From Synechococcus sp. (lineage in GTDB: Bacteria > Cyanobacteriota > Cyanobacteriia > PCC-6307 > Cyanobiaceae): DNA of 64,000 nucleotides. Numbering within the stretch: the stretch's first letter is position 1; every line of letters starts with the position of its first letter. The stretch covers positions 576,001 to 640,000 of the forward strand of contig JBJBEO010000001.1 in the NCBI GenBank assembly GCA_047284725.1, written 5' to 3'. Below are positions 51,886-62,275 of the stretch, piece after piece. The notes beneath the pieces were generated by a model. It was not told where the DNA came from and did not search any database. It was given only the letters and a program-made list of their open reading frames with translations. Position numbers and translations under genes: made by a program.

Positions 51886-53121
51886 ATGACACGCAAACGC
51901 CGTCGCAGATGGAACATTCTCGCTTTGGTGTCGATCCTGATGGCGGTGATGCTTTCGATCATTGCCCTCAGCAATCTTAATGTTGAAGCGGTTAAAGGGC
52001 GTGATTCCTTGCGTCTTTCTTCCGGTTCTCGTGCTCTCACCACTGATCCCAGGCGTCTGCCTCCCGATGGATGGTCGTCTCTGCGCGGGACCCGTCTGGT
52101 GGGCCCAGAGTTAGAGGCCGATATCAAATCCCTGAATGAAGCTCAATATCGAGTCAGGGTTGGAATCTATGCAAACAGTACCTATGACTTGGATTTAAGC
52201 GTACCAAGTTTTTCGTCGAATGGATACATTTGGCTGCGATGGCAGCAACCCCTCCAGGATTACCTAGATGAGCAGGAGTTGTCGCTGAGTGATCGGATTG
52301 GCCTTGTCAATGTCTTGCTGTCTGACGCGGAGCCCGAATTGATCCCGGTGCAGGAAGAGCCCGTCAAGCTCGAGGATGGAGATTATTATCAGCTGTATAA
52401 ATATGTTGGTCGCTTTTACGTCGATAAGGCGAGCTTCGTGCGTTTTCCCTTCCTTACGGTGAGTCTCCCAATTGCAGTGGAGGCTGTGGATGTTGATGGG
52501 TCGTTTGATTACTCCCGTTTTCGTTTTGAAGCCGATGTTCAGAACAGTGGGATGGGCCTGTATGCAGGAACTGGCATCATTGGATGGCGCAGTCGTGGTT
52601 GGTCAATCGCTGAGTACCGCCATAATTATTCGACCAATTTTGGCCTTGGTGGTGATGAGGATGATTACAGCACTGTGATTTTTGATATCACATTTGGCAC
52701 CTCTTCATGGTCAGCCTTCTGGAGGCTGATTCTTCCTCTGATGGTGGTGATGACGATGGTTCTTCTGGTTTTCAAAGTGCGTCCGGACGAGCAGGATGCA
52801 CGCGCTGGGATTCCCGTCACGGTGTTGCTCACACTGGTCTTTCTTCAGCAGGTTTATCGCGATGAACTTCCCGATTTGCCGTATCTCACCTTTCTTGACA
52901 AGGTCTATGTGATTGCTTATGTCGTGACCTTGGTGGCTTTTGTGCTTTTGATCTGGATCGGTCGACGTTATTCCGACGTTGACAAGATCCCAGAAGGACC
53001 ATTGCGAGACCGTCTGGAAATGCGGCTACAGGTTCTTGATGAGGTCTGGCCTATGGCCATGGTGGTGTTTTGTGCAGTTGCCGTTGCCTTCTCGTGGCTT
53101 TCGATTCCCGCCAGTACTTGA
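51886..53121 (+). CDS. Prokaryotic pentameric ligand-gated ion channel (GLIC/ELIC-like)
   Basis: N-terminal signal or anchor; beta-rich ectodomain (VRVGIY...YIWLRW); Pro-loop RFPF; M1 RLILPL; M2 RAGIPVTVLLTL; M2-M3 loop LPDLPYLTFLD; C-terminal M4. Confidence 0.85.
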   Translation: MTRKRRRRWNILALVSILMAVMLSIIALSNLNVEAVKGRDSLRLSSGSRALTTDPRRLPPDGWSSLRGTRLVGPELEADIKSLNEAQYRVRVGIYANSTYDLDLSVPSFSSNGYIWLRWQQPLQDYLDEQELSLSDRIGLVNVLLSDAEPELIPVQEEPVKLEDGDYYQLYKYVGRFYVDKASFVRFPFLTVSLPIAVEAVDVDGSFDYSRFRFEADVQNSGMGLYAGTGIIGWRSRGWSIAEYRHNYSTNFGLGGDEDDYSTVIFDITFGTSSWSAFWRLILPLMVVMTMVLLVFKVRPDEQDARAGIPVTVLLTLVFLQQVYRDELPDLPYLTFLDKVYVIAYVVTLVAFVLLIWIGRRYSDVDKIPEGPLRDRLEMRLQVLDEVWPMAMVVFCAVAVAFSWLSIPAST

Positions 53122-53124
53122 CGT

Positions 53125-54372
53125 TCAGTCAAGATTGCTGATCCGATTGGTTAATGATCTGAGCTCTTCTTCGGTGGTGCTGATGTGCGTGCAGGCTCGC
53201 AGGCACTTGGGGGAAGCGAGGTCACGGATCCACAGGTTTTGCTCACCCAGTTGCTTTACTACGGCGGCCGGTGCGATTGGCTTCAGTGCTGGATGTAGTT
53301 GGAAGCTCACAAGACCGGCTGGGGGAGGTCCCTTCAGCAGGGGATTGACTCCAGGCAGCTCGGCAAGCTGATGCCAGAGCTTGTCGCTGAGGTCCTGAAT
53401 CGTTGCCAGGCGTTCGTCAGTGCTGCCCTCCTGTTCAAGCAGCTCCAGGGAGGTGCGAAGCCCAGCCAGCAGGGGGACACAACTGGTGGCCACCTCGAAA
53501 CGGCGGCTGTCGTGGTGGAAAGGATCGGGGTCGCCGAAGACGGCCCGGCTTTCGTCCTGCAGGCTGCGCCAGCCGATCAGGGTGGGGTTGGCTTCATTCA
53601 GCACCCGCTCAGACAGGGCCACACCCCCAAGTCCTTCCGGGCCGCAGCACCATTTGTGTCCGGTGAAGGCATAGATATCGGACGCAGCAGCAGCCTCGGC
53701 CACGGGGATCTGGCTCATGCTTTGCGCCGCATCCACCAGCAGATAGGGGTGGTTGGGATGATCTCTGAGTTGATCGGCAACGTCCGCAATCGGCATCAGC
53801 TGTCCTGTATTCCAGAGCAGGTGGGACAGCACCACGACCCGGGTGTTGGGGTGCAGATTCGCCTCGATGGCGGCAAGCACGGCTGCATCATTGCCGCTCT
53901 GCTGCTCGCGGCCGCCGAGAACCTGCTGAACAGGCAGGGTGTCGATGTCGAGATGCTGGCGACGGGCCAGTTCATGGCAGGCGGCCACCACGCCGGGATG
54001 CTCGCAGTCGCCAATCAACAGACGATCGCCCTGGTTGAGGGGCAGGCCCCACAGCGGCAACACGCAGCCACTGGTGACGTTTTCGCTGAGGGCCAGGCGA
54101 TGGGGGGCAACACCGCACAACCCTGCCAGCTGTGCTCTGGTGCTGTTCACTTCCCGGCTGATGTAGGGCCAGACGTCGGCGGTGAAGGGTCCCAGCTCCT
54201 GGATGCGATGCCAGCTGCTGGTGATGGCCTCAAGCGAAGGCGCCGGCAGTGGACCCTGCCCCCCATAGTTGAAGTAAGTCTTGTTCTGAAGGGCAGGGCA
54301 GAGAGACCTCAAGTGGCCTGCGCTGTTGTTGGTCGAGGCGTTCCTTGCGCCGTCCAGATTTGCCATGTCCAT
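53125..54372 (-). CDS. Aminotransferase class V PLP enzyme (cysteine desulfurase/C-S lyase-like)
   Basis: YFNYGGQGP, EHP, SHLLWNTG, VDAAQS, FTGHKWCCGPEG, LRACTH. Confidence 0.9.
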   Translation of the reverse strand: MDMANLDGARNASTNNSAGHLRSLCPALQNKTYFNYGGQGPLPAPSLEAITSSWHRIQELGPFTADVWPYISREVNSTRAQLAGLCGVAPHRLALSENVTSGCVLPLWGLPLNQGDRLLIGDCEHPGVVAACHELARRQHLDIDTLPVQQVLGGREQQSGNDAAVLAAIEANLHPNTRVVVLSHLLWNTGQLMPIADVADQLRDHPNHPYLLVDAAQSMSQIPVAEAAAASDIYAFTGHKWCCGPEGLGGVALSERVLNEANPTLIGWRSLQDESRAVFGDPDPFHHDSRRFEVATSCVPLLAGLRTSLELLEQEGSTDERLATIQDLSDKLWHQLAELPGVNPLLKGPPPAGLVSFQLHPALKPIAPAAVVKQLGEQNLWIRDLASPKCLRACTHISTTEEELRSLTNRISNLD

Positions 54373-54901
54373 GCCATGTCCATGCACCATCAGTCTTGCT
54401 GACGCCAAGCTGCTGTGTCATCCGCTGTGCATCCCATCGTTGCTTTGGCGGCGTGGAAGCACAGAGTGGATTGGGCCTCAATCAGACAAGGTGAGAGTTG
54501 CCTTGGTAAGGATCATACTGATCGGGCAATCGCGATGGCTCTTAGTCAGCTGACTTGATCTTTGAGTGTGCTGATCATGTGTGTAAGTCTGTCATTGTTT
54601 CTGTATACAGCAGTGCGACCTTTTCAAAGGAATGAGGGATCTTCTTCGAGGTCAAGCCAGGTGCGAGACAATTTGAGCACCAATTTATGTGGTTTTCGCG
54701 TTAAGACTCTGTGAGCGTTTTGGTGATGCGTCAGTTTCGCCAATAAGCGTAATTGCTGGCAATCTTTCCTCAATTTGTGCTTTCTAATTGGCGTCTCTTC
54801 GGATGAGTTAATCGCGTCCTCTTGCGTCTGCTTAGAAAATAAGCAATCTATCTAAGGCGTTTGGTGGGCTGCTTAAGGACAAGTTTTTGATTGTGCCAGG
54901 G

Positions 54902-56035
54902 TTAAGCAAGTTGAGCTGCATAATTTTGGATATCACTTCCTTCGAAGGCTATGAAATTTGAGTTTGTAGTGTCTAGTAGGGAGTCATTGACATCCCAGCC
55001 TAAGTCGTCAAGAACTCCTAATGTAACCATGCTTAAAGATTGAGTTTCGGCATTGTAGATATCTAAATAACCAATATGCAAATCATTGTGGAGGGGATTG
55101 TATTTGCCGTTGATGATTTCATCGCTCTCCCAATGGGCTCCTGCAGTTCCTGAGCCGCCTCCGTTTTCAAGGACTGGGTTGGTAATAACGTCTTCTCGAG
55201 TTGCAAACTCTGATTCAACCCATTCTTCAAAGATTGTATTAGCCTTGCTTCCGTTAAAATAAAATCTATCGTCGTTGTTTTTATCGATACTCTCGTCCCA
55301 ATTGTCGTCGCCTGGAAAGCCCAGTGAGTGAATAAGTTCGTGAGCAAGGAGGTGGGTAAATGATTTGTATTGATTGCTAATCATGGCGTCTGTGTAGCGA
55401 GGGTTCAGGATGATTGTTCCCTCATCGGCAAGACCGTTTGTATTATTATCACTACTTGGGTAAGAGCCTCCCAGTGTTCCACCGCCTAGCCATTTCTCGA
55501 AGCCAAGATCCAGCTTGAATGTTTCAATCTCTGCAGCGGGGCCAGGAAACTCATCAAACCAACTGCTGACAAAGTCCAATGCATTGTAGATTGATTCATA
55601 ATATGGATTATAATTAAAGTTACTTATTAATGTAACATCAAATTGGAGTTGACTTGTTCCGTAGCGAATGAGTTCATGACTTTCTTGATCTGTTGTGCCG
55701 AAATATGCTTCATAAGGATTTAGGGGATCTTCGTTCCCTCCACCGTTAGGCCCTTTGTCCTTCGGTTTATTTCCTCCTCTTGCTTTGTCGATACCGAAAT
55801 CAACAAAGTCCTGCCTGTCAACATCAATTGTTTCAGCTTCCTGTTGCTTAAGTTCGGCGGCAAAACTTTTTAGAGGAAGATCTAGATCACCATTAATATC
55901 AGGATCAAAATCGGCTTGGCTGCTTTCTTGCGTATGTTCCAAGTCGAATAATGAGCCAGTAATATATTTGCTACGATAATTAAGATTTTCGATGGAAAAA
56001 TTAGTTAACTTGTCAAGAATCGTTAAATTTTTCAT
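54902..56035 (-). CDS. Leishmanolysin-like (M8) zinc metallopeptidase
   Basis: AHELIHSLGF (HExxH), LENGGGSGTAGAHWE (third His ligand), LSMVTLGVLDDLGW; AT-rich. Confidence 0.78.
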   Translation of the reverse strand: MKNLTILDKLTNFSIENLNYRSKYITGSLFDLEHTQESSQADFDPDINGDLDLPLKSFAAELKQQEAETIDVDRQDFVDFGIDKARGGNKPKDKGPNGGGNEDPLNPYEAYFGTTDQESHELIRYGTSQLQFDVTLISNFNYNPYYESIYNALDFVSSWFDEFPGPAAEIETFKLDLGFEKWLGGGTLGGSYPSSDNNTNGLADEGTIILNPRYTDAMISNQYKSFTHLLAHELIHSLGFPGDDNWDESIDKNNDDRFYFNGSKANTIFEEWVESEFATREDVITNPVLENGGGSGTAGAHWESDEIINGKYNPLHNDLHIGYLDIYNAETQSLSMVTLGVLDDLGWDVNDSLLDTTNSNFIAFEGSDIQNYAAQLA

Positions 56036-56887
56036 GCGAATTCTATGGATTCAACTGATTTAATTTTATCCGAGCATGTTGGATTTTTCCTGAAAATTCC
56101 CTTAGATTTTTCTGAGGTGCTTGTCGATCGCGTATTGATTGGCGGCGTTATTGGCTAGGTGAAAAATGTGAATTTGTCGAGGTTTTTGATTTTGTATATT
56201 ATCAATGGTTTAGAGTCTGATTCCTTTCCTTTCCGTTTTTGGGCTCGATTCTCTTGAGATCTTTAGGTCTGTTTCGTGGTCAGCTTGTGATGGTTTCTCT
56301 CTGGTCTTCGTTCATTTCATAAGGCTAACGCTTGTCGTTGATTGATGATTTCGCGATGGTATTGCACCTTCTTGAGTCTCGCCCCTGCATCGCCCGCTGT
56401 CGTCTTGGCGGGTTGGTGTTGACGGGCCTGTTGGCAATGGCTTTTCAATCGAACCCTAAAAGCTCAATGCATTCTGAGTTTGTTCTTGCTTGTCTGTTGG
56501 TGGTGCAGGGTCCTCTTGGTCAAGGCGGAACAACGGTCTCGTTGAAGTATGGCCGATGCAGGCAGCATTAGTGGATAACTTTTGCTGTCATGCTGTAGTT
56601 CTGCAGCTTTACGCATGTACGCATCTTGTTCACCGTGCATTTGTTGCATGGTGTTTGTGTCGGAGGTTGTGACTCCAGAAAGATCGATTCATGTGGTGTA
56701 TGGCGCTAAATACTTCTAAGAATGGGCTTCACTGGAGGGAGTGCAAGTCCTTGCCCTGTGAGGGTATCCGGCTGAAAAGTGTAGTGGCTGCTGGTGTTTC
56801 TGGACGCTTCACCCTTCAACCGGTAGCCCATCGAAAGCCTGCCCGGAACGTCATCGCTAGCGTCCCAAAATAAGTCGCTGATCATCG

Positions 56888-57634
56888 ATGACGGCAGTGG
56901 ATTGGCTTTGGATCCTTCACCCCTTTCTGGCGGTGGTGCTGATCTATCCCCTGATCGGCATGGTGATGCGGCTTGGTTTGCAAACCCGGGCTCGCCGCCA
57001 GAAGACCAATCTCAAACTTCCACCCAGCCTTGGGCGAAGCCATACCGATCTCGGCCGGTGGCTCGCTGCTGGGGTGGTGGGACTCGTGTTGATCGCTCTG
57101 ACGGTGGTGATTGCCACCAAGGTGCCACTGGCTGACTTCTCTGGGGGCGCCCCTCGGGCGCTTCAGCTGCTGCTCGTGCTGATTGGAACCGTGATCAGTT
57201 TGGTGGCGTTGTGGCGCAGTCAGTCCCCAGGGTTGCGGTTGGCGTTTGCCCTAATCACCTGGGCGGGGATTCTTGGCCTTGGTGCCCAGCCGGAGGTGTG
57301 GCGCCTCTCGGACAATCCGCTCACCGCCGCCTTCTGGCAGTCCCATTACTGGGCGGGTGTTGGGGTGACAGGTCTGATGTTGTTTTCTCTGGGGGCCCGG
57401 CCTGAGATCGTGCGTGATCTGCGCCTGCGTCGGTTGCACATTACGGCCAGCGTGCTAGCCGCCGTGCTGTTTGTGGTTCAGGGCCTTACTGGCACCCGTG
57501 ATCTGCTTGAGATTCCGCTCACCTGGCAGAAACCGGCGGTGTATGCCTGCGATTTCGACAGCCGGACCTGCCCTTCCCCCGTTGCAGAGATCATTTCCCC
57601 TACGCCATCGGGGACCGGTTCATCGGCCCCGTGA
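56888..57634 (+). CDS. DUF4079 family membrane protein
   Basis: HPFL..YPLIG, SHTDLGRW, QPEV, FWQSHYWAG, RRLH, TRDLLEIPL. Confidence 0.82.
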   Translation: MTAVDWLWILHPFLAVVLIYPLIGMVMRLGLQTRARRQKTNLKLPPSLGRSHTDLGRWLAAGVVGLVLIALTVVIATKVPLADFSGGAPRALQLLLVLIGTVISLVALWRSQSPGLRLAFALITWAGILGLGAQPEVWRLSDNPLTAAFWQSHYWAGVGVTGLMLFSLGARPEIVRDLRLRRLHITASVLAAVLFVVQGLTGTRDLLEIPLTWQKPAVYACDFDSRTCPSPVAEIISPTPSGTGSSAP

Positions 57635-57764
57635 GGTCGATGTGAAAGCTCACACTCCTCTGGCGCCTCCTCCGAGGCCTCGAACGCAGAGGTGACGAGA
57701 AGGGCGGAGAAACGCCCTATACCCACCCGACTGCGCCAACAGAATCGCTGCCGTTGGTGTGGCG

Positions 57765-58010
57765 TCAGAGCACTTGCACCACTTCGCTCACTTCAGGGAT
57801 GGCTTCCCGCATCTTGCGCTCAATCCCCATCTTCAGGGTCATGGTGCTGCTGGGGCAGCTGCCGCAGGCGCCCTGCAGCCGCACTTTCACTACGGGGCCA
57901 TCGATTTCCACCACTTCCACGTTGCCGCCGTCAGCCATCAGGAAGGGGCGCAGTTCATCGAGCACCTTCTCCACGTTCTCACTGGTGAGGGGCAGGGTTT
58001 CGGTACTCAT
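57765..58010 (-). CDS. NifU/Nfu-type Fe-S cluster carrier
   Basis: [13 protein letters not shown]...[20 protein letters not shown]. Confidence 0.93.
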   Translation of the reverse strand: MSTETLPLTSENVEKVLDELRPFLMADGGNVEVVEIDGPVVKVRLQGACGSCPSSTMTLKMGIERKMREAIPEVSEVVQVL

Positions 58011-58099
58011 GGGCAGGATGCAAGCGTCGTCTTGACGTCGAGCCTAGGCAGCCGTGGAGACCGTCGCCCCCATAGCCTGAGGGAAGCCAAACCGCCGCC

Positions 58100-59584
58100 T
58101 TGAACAGCTACGACGTTGTGCTGGTGGGTGCAGGGATCATGAGCGCCACCCTGGCCACTCTGTTGCACGAGCTCGATCCCGATCTGAGGATGTTGCTGGT
58201 GGAGCGGCTTGAGGGACCTGCGCAGGAAAGCAGCGCGGCCGTGAACAACGCTGGTACGGGCCATGCGGCCAATTGCGAGCTCAATTACACCCCACTTCAG
58301 GCCGATGGCACCGTGGCCACCACGAAGGCCCTGGCCATCAATGCCGCGTTTGAAACCAGCCTGCAGTTCTGGGCGTCCTTAGCGGAGCAGGGCCAGCTCA
58401 ATCCGGGCAGTTTTCTGCATCAGGTGCCCCATCTCAGTGCTGTATGGGGGGGCGGTGATGTTGCTTTTCTGCGCCAGCGTTATCAGCAGCTGCGCCAGCT
58501 GCCTGCCTTTGCTTCTATGGAGTGGACAGAGGATGCCGGCGAACTGTCGGCGTGGATGCCCCTGGTGATGGCGGGCCGGAAGGGCCACGAACCCGTTGCT
58601 GCCACCCGCATCAACCGCGGCACCGATGTCGATTTCGGCAGCCTGACGCGGGCCTACCTGGCGCCGTTGCAGGCCAGTGGTGCCCTCGAGGTGCTGCATG
58701 GCACGACCGTGGTGAATCTGCGCCGGCGACGGGATGCGGCCATGAACGAGGCCGACTGGCAGCTGGAGCTGCGCGGGCCGTCGGGGAGGCGTCAGGTTGA
58801 TGCAGGGTTTGTGTTTCTGGGTGCCGGGGGCGGCGCATTGCCGTTGTTGCAGCGTTCCGGTATCCCCGAGGCGGCTGATTACGCCGGTTTTCCGGTGAGT
58901 GGTCAATGGCTGGTGTGCAATGACCCGGAGCTGGCGGAGCATCATCACGCCAAGGTGTATGGCAAGGCCAAGGTGGGAGCGCCGCCGATGTCGGTGCCAC
59001 ACCTCGACACCCGCTGGATTGATGGCAAGCGGTCGTTGCTGTTTGGCCCCTATGCCGGGTTCAGCAGCAAGTTCCTCAAGCAGGGTTCTTTGCTGGATCT
59101 GCCAGCGTCGGTGCGGGCGGGCAACCTGCTGCCGATGCTGCAGGTGGGGCTCAGCAACTTTGATCTGGTTACCTATCTGGTGAATCAGCTGCGCCAGAGC
59201 TCCACCGATCGCCTCGAGGCCCTCAAGGTGTTTCTGCCCACGGCCCGCGAGGAGGATTGGAGCCTGTCGGTGGCTGGCCAACGGGTGCAGATCATCAAAC
59301 GCACCAAGGACGGCGGCAGGTTGCAGATGGGAACTGAAGTGGTGGCGTCAGCCGATGGTTCCCTGGCGGCGTTGCTGGGGGCCTCTCCCGGTGCCAGCAC
59401 AGCGGTGACGATCATGTTGGAGGTGCTGCAGCGCTGTTTCCCGCAACGGCTGGCCAGCGACGCCTGGCAACGGCGCCTGCGTGTGCTGATTCCCAGTTAC
59501 GGTCAGGATCTGAACGCCGATGCCGAGCTTCTGGGGCGGATGCGTGACCGCAGTGATGGCGCACTGGGGCTACACGCCGCGTAG
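58100..59584 (+). CDS. mqo: Malate:quinone oxidoreductase
   Basis: [56 protein letters not shown]. Confidence 0.95.
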   Translation: MNSYDVVLVGAGIMSATLATLLHELDPDLRMLLVERLEGPAQESSAAVNNAGTGHAANCELNYTPLQADGTVATTKALAINAAFETSLQFWASLAEQGQLNPGSFLHQVPHLSAVWGGGDVAFLRQRYQQLRQLPAFASMEWTEDAGELSAWMPLVMAGRKGHEPVAATRINRGTDVDFGSLTRAYLAPLQASGALEVLHGTTVVNLRRRRDAAMNEADWQLELRGPSGRRQVDAGFVFLGAGGGALPLLQRSGIPEAADYAGFPVSGQWLVCNDPELAEHHHAKVYGKAKVGAPPMSVPHLDTRWIDGKRSLLFGPYAGFSSKFLKQGSLLDLPASVRAGNLLPMLQVGLSNFDLVTYLVNQLRQSSTDRLEALKVFLPTAREEDWSLSVAGQRVQIIKRTKDGGRLQMGTEVVASADGSLAALLGASPGASTAVTIMLEVLQRCFPQRLASDAWQRRLRVLIPSYGQDLNADAELLGRMRDRSDGALGLHAA

Positions 59585-59722
59585 CCGTCTGATCCTGATT
59601 CGCCTCGATCGCCTAACCCTCGGATCAGAGGCGAGCTCTGGGGTTGGGCCTGGCGGACCGGGGCCGCTGCCTAGGATCGGTCGACTCAGTTGAATCACCC
59701 GAGCCGGGCTTCCCCCAATCGC

Positions 59723-61537
59723 ATGACCGACGCCCCCGTCTCCCGGATCCGCAACTTTTGCATCATTGCCCACATCGACCACGGCAAGTCGACCCTGGCC
59801 GATCGGTTGCTGCAGGACACCGGCACGGTTGCCAACCGCGACATGCAGGACCAGTTCCTCGACAACATGGATCTGGAGAGAGAGCGGGGGATCACGATCA
59901 AGCTCCAGGCCGCCCGCATGACCTACACCGCAGCGGACGGTCAGCAGTACGTCCTCAATCTGATCGACACCCCTGGTCACGTTGACTTCTCCTATGAGGT
60001 GAGCCGCAGCCTGCAGGCCTGCGAAGGGGCACTGCTGGTGGTGGATGCCAGCCAGGGGGTGGAAGCTCAGACCCTTGCCAACGTGTATCTGGCCCTGGAG
60101 AACGATCTCGAGATCATTCCGGTGCTCAACAAGATCGATCTGCCCGGTGCGGAGCCTGAGCGCATCAAGGAAGAGGTGGAAGCGATCATCGGCCTGGATT
60201 GCAGCAACGCCATCCCCTGCTCGGCCAAAACGGGTCTGGGGGTGCCTGAAATCCTGCAGGCGGTGGTGGATCGGGTGCCGCCTCCGGAAGACACGGTGCA
60301 GGACCTCACCAAGGCCTTGATTTTCGATTCCTATTACGACCCTTATCGGGGCGTGATCGTGTATTTCCGGGTAATGAGCGGCCGCATCAGCTGCAAAGAC
60401 AAAGTGTTGCTGATGGCCAGCCAGAAAACCTATGAGCTTGATGAGATCGGGATCATGGCCCCTGATCAGAAAAAGGTGGATGAGCTCCACGCCGGTGAAG
60501 TGGGCTACCTGGCGGCCTCGATCAAGGCGGTGGCTGATGCACGCGTGGGCGACACGATCACGTTGTTCAATGCACCTGCAGATGAACCATTGCCTGGCTA
60601 CACCGAAGCCAAGCCGATGGTGTTCTGTGGATTGTTCCCCACCGAGGCGGATCAATACCCCGATCTCCGTGAAGCTCTCGACAAGCTGCAGCTCTCCGAT
60701 GCAGCGCTGAAGTTTGAGCCGGAAACCAGCAGCGCCATGGGCTTCGGGTTCCGGTGTGGCTTCCTGGGGCTGCTGCACATGGAGATCGTGCAGGAGCGAT
60801 TGGAGCGGGAGTACGACCTGGATCTGATCGTCACTGCGCCGTCGGTGATCTACAAGGTGAACATGATCGACGGCAGCGAGATCATGGTTGATAACCCCGC
60901 CACCCTGCCTGATCCGCAGAAGCGTGAGTCGATCGAAGAGCCCTATGTTCGTATGGAGATATACACGCCTAACGATTACAACGGGGCGCTGATGGGCCTG
61001 TGCCAGGAACGGCGTGGGGAGTACATCGACATGAAATACATCACCACCGATCGGGTGACGTTGATCTATGAGCTGCCGTTGGCCGAGGTGGTGACGGATT
61101 TCTTTGATCAGATGAAGACGCGCACGCAGGGCTATGCCTCGATGGAATACCACCTGATTGGCTATCGCAAGAATCAGTTGGTGCGCCTCGATGTGCTGAT
61201 CAATGGTGAACGAGCCGATGCGCTCACCACGATCGTTCATCAAGACAAGGCCTACAACGTGGGGAAAGCTTTGGTGGAGAAATTGAAAGAGCTGATCCCA
61301 CGCCAGCAATTCAAGATTCCGATTCAGGCGTCTATCGGTAGTCGCATTATTGCCTCAACCAGCATCAGTGCGATGCGGAAGGATGTGCTGGCAAAGTGCT
61401 ATGGAGGTGATATCTCGCGGAAGAAAAAGTTATTGAAGAAGCAGGCGAAAGGGAAGAAGAGGATGAAAGCAATGGGGAAGGTGGATGTGCCTCAGGAGGC
61501 ATTTATGGCGGTGCTTAAGTTAAATCAATCAACTTAG
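59723..61537 (+). CDS. lepA: Translation elongation factor 4
   Basis: [48 protein letters not shown]. Confidence 0.98.
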   Translation: MTDAPVSRIRNFCIIAHIDHGKSTLADRLLQDTGTVANRDMQDQFLDNMDLERERGITIKLQAARMTYTAADGQQYVLNLIDTPGHVDFSYEVSRSLQACEGALLVVDASQGVEAQTLANVYLALENDLEIIPVLNKIDLPGAEPERIKEEVEAIIGLDCSNAIPCSAKTGLGVPEILQAVVDRVPPPEDTVQDLTKALIFDSYYDPYRGVIVYFRVMSGRISCKDKVLLMASQKTYELDEIGIMAPDQKKVDELHAGEVGYLAASIKAVADARVGDTITLFNAPADEPLPGYTEAKPMVFCGLFPTEADQYPDLREALDKLQLSDAALKFEPETSSAMGFGFRCGFLGLLHMEIVQERLEREYDLDLIVTAPSVIYKVNMIDGSEIMVDNPATLPDPQKRESIEEPYVRMEIYTPNDYNGALMGLCQERRGEYIDMKYITTDRVTLIYELPLAEVVTDFFDQMKTRTQGYASMEYHLIGYRKNQLVRLDVLINGERADALTTIVHQDKAYNVGKALVEKLKELIPRQQFKIPIQASIGSRIIASTSISAMRKDVLAKCYGGDISRKKKLLKKQAKGKKRMKAMGKVDVPQEAFMAVLKLNQST

Positions 61538-61571
61538 CAGCTATGTGTGGTGCTGTTTTTGTCGTGGGAAC

Positions 61572-62132
61572 TTAGGGGCACCAGGATTGAGCTGGCATTA
61601 CGAGATAGGCACTCTGGTTACTTCCGGTTAGAGACGAAGAACCGGCCGAATATTCTACTTTCAAGAGATTATTGTTTGTTGCTTCGGTGATAAGAGTCCG
61701 ACTAAGTGTGACATTTGGATCAGTAATCGTGGGATCGTTGGCCAAGATATCGTCATTGATTCGCCGTGAGTCATTTGTGGTAGTAGTCAGAGCTCCATAC
61801 TGGGCCTGAGGAAATTGTTCATTGTCCTGCAGAAGAGAAAGTGCGATAGAGCTATCCGAACACATAGTGTCCGAAGGCTCGTAATTAAGTTCACCAGCGA
61901 TAGTAATGTCATCATCATTAATTGTGGTTTCGTCAATTTGCCATAAGTGCGTGATTCTTCTGATTTCCGCAAGGTCTGAAGAAATAGCTCCTGATATCTG
62001 ATCGCGCAGTTTCGAACTATTTACCACATTCATGGAGGATGTGAACGATTGGAGAGAGACCGTGGTAAAAATCGTCAGCGACAAGATGGCGACAGCAGCT
62101 TCAGTAAGATTCATGGCAATCGAACTCTCCAC
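61572..62132 (-). CDS. Minor type IV pilin/pseudopilin-like protein
   Basis: A|MNLTE followed by a hydrophobic helix (Glu at +5), then a beta-rich domain with two Cys; clustered with other prepilins. Confidence 0.6.
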   Translation of the reverse strand: MESSIAMNLTEAAVAILSLTIFTTVSLQSFTSSMNVVNSSKLRDQISGAISSDLAEIRRITHLWQIDETTINDDDITIAGELNYEPSDTMCSDSSIALSLLQDNEQFPQAQYGALTTTTNDSRRINDDILANDPTITDPNVTLSRTLITEATNNNLLKVEYSAGSSSLTGSNQSAYLVMPAQSWCP

Positions 62133-62275
62133 ATGTCTTCATGGTATCACCTATACGGGTTTTGGCACGTACACGATGATTGATCAATTGTTTTGCTAGA
62201 AGTGTGTATGCCAAATCTATCAACATGGAATAAAATCGCTGATCTATGAGCTTATTGTGGCCTGCAAAGATTCGT

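Noticed and set aside
51850..52127. Long N-terminal extension of the binding-protein ORF
   Set aside because: It overlaps the channel gene antisense; the signal-like segment lies near 51800.
56332..56873. Short ORFs of 60-79 aa
   Set aside because: Weak starts, non-coding-like composition and no motifs.
59570..61309. 579-aa antisense ORF, and similar long ones at 48176-49570, 27094-28347, 8176-9369 and 53299-54402
   Set aside because: Shadow frames opposite well-supported genes (lepA, murE, der, glgX, aminotransferase). They are expected from GC-rich codon bias and carry no recognisable motifs.
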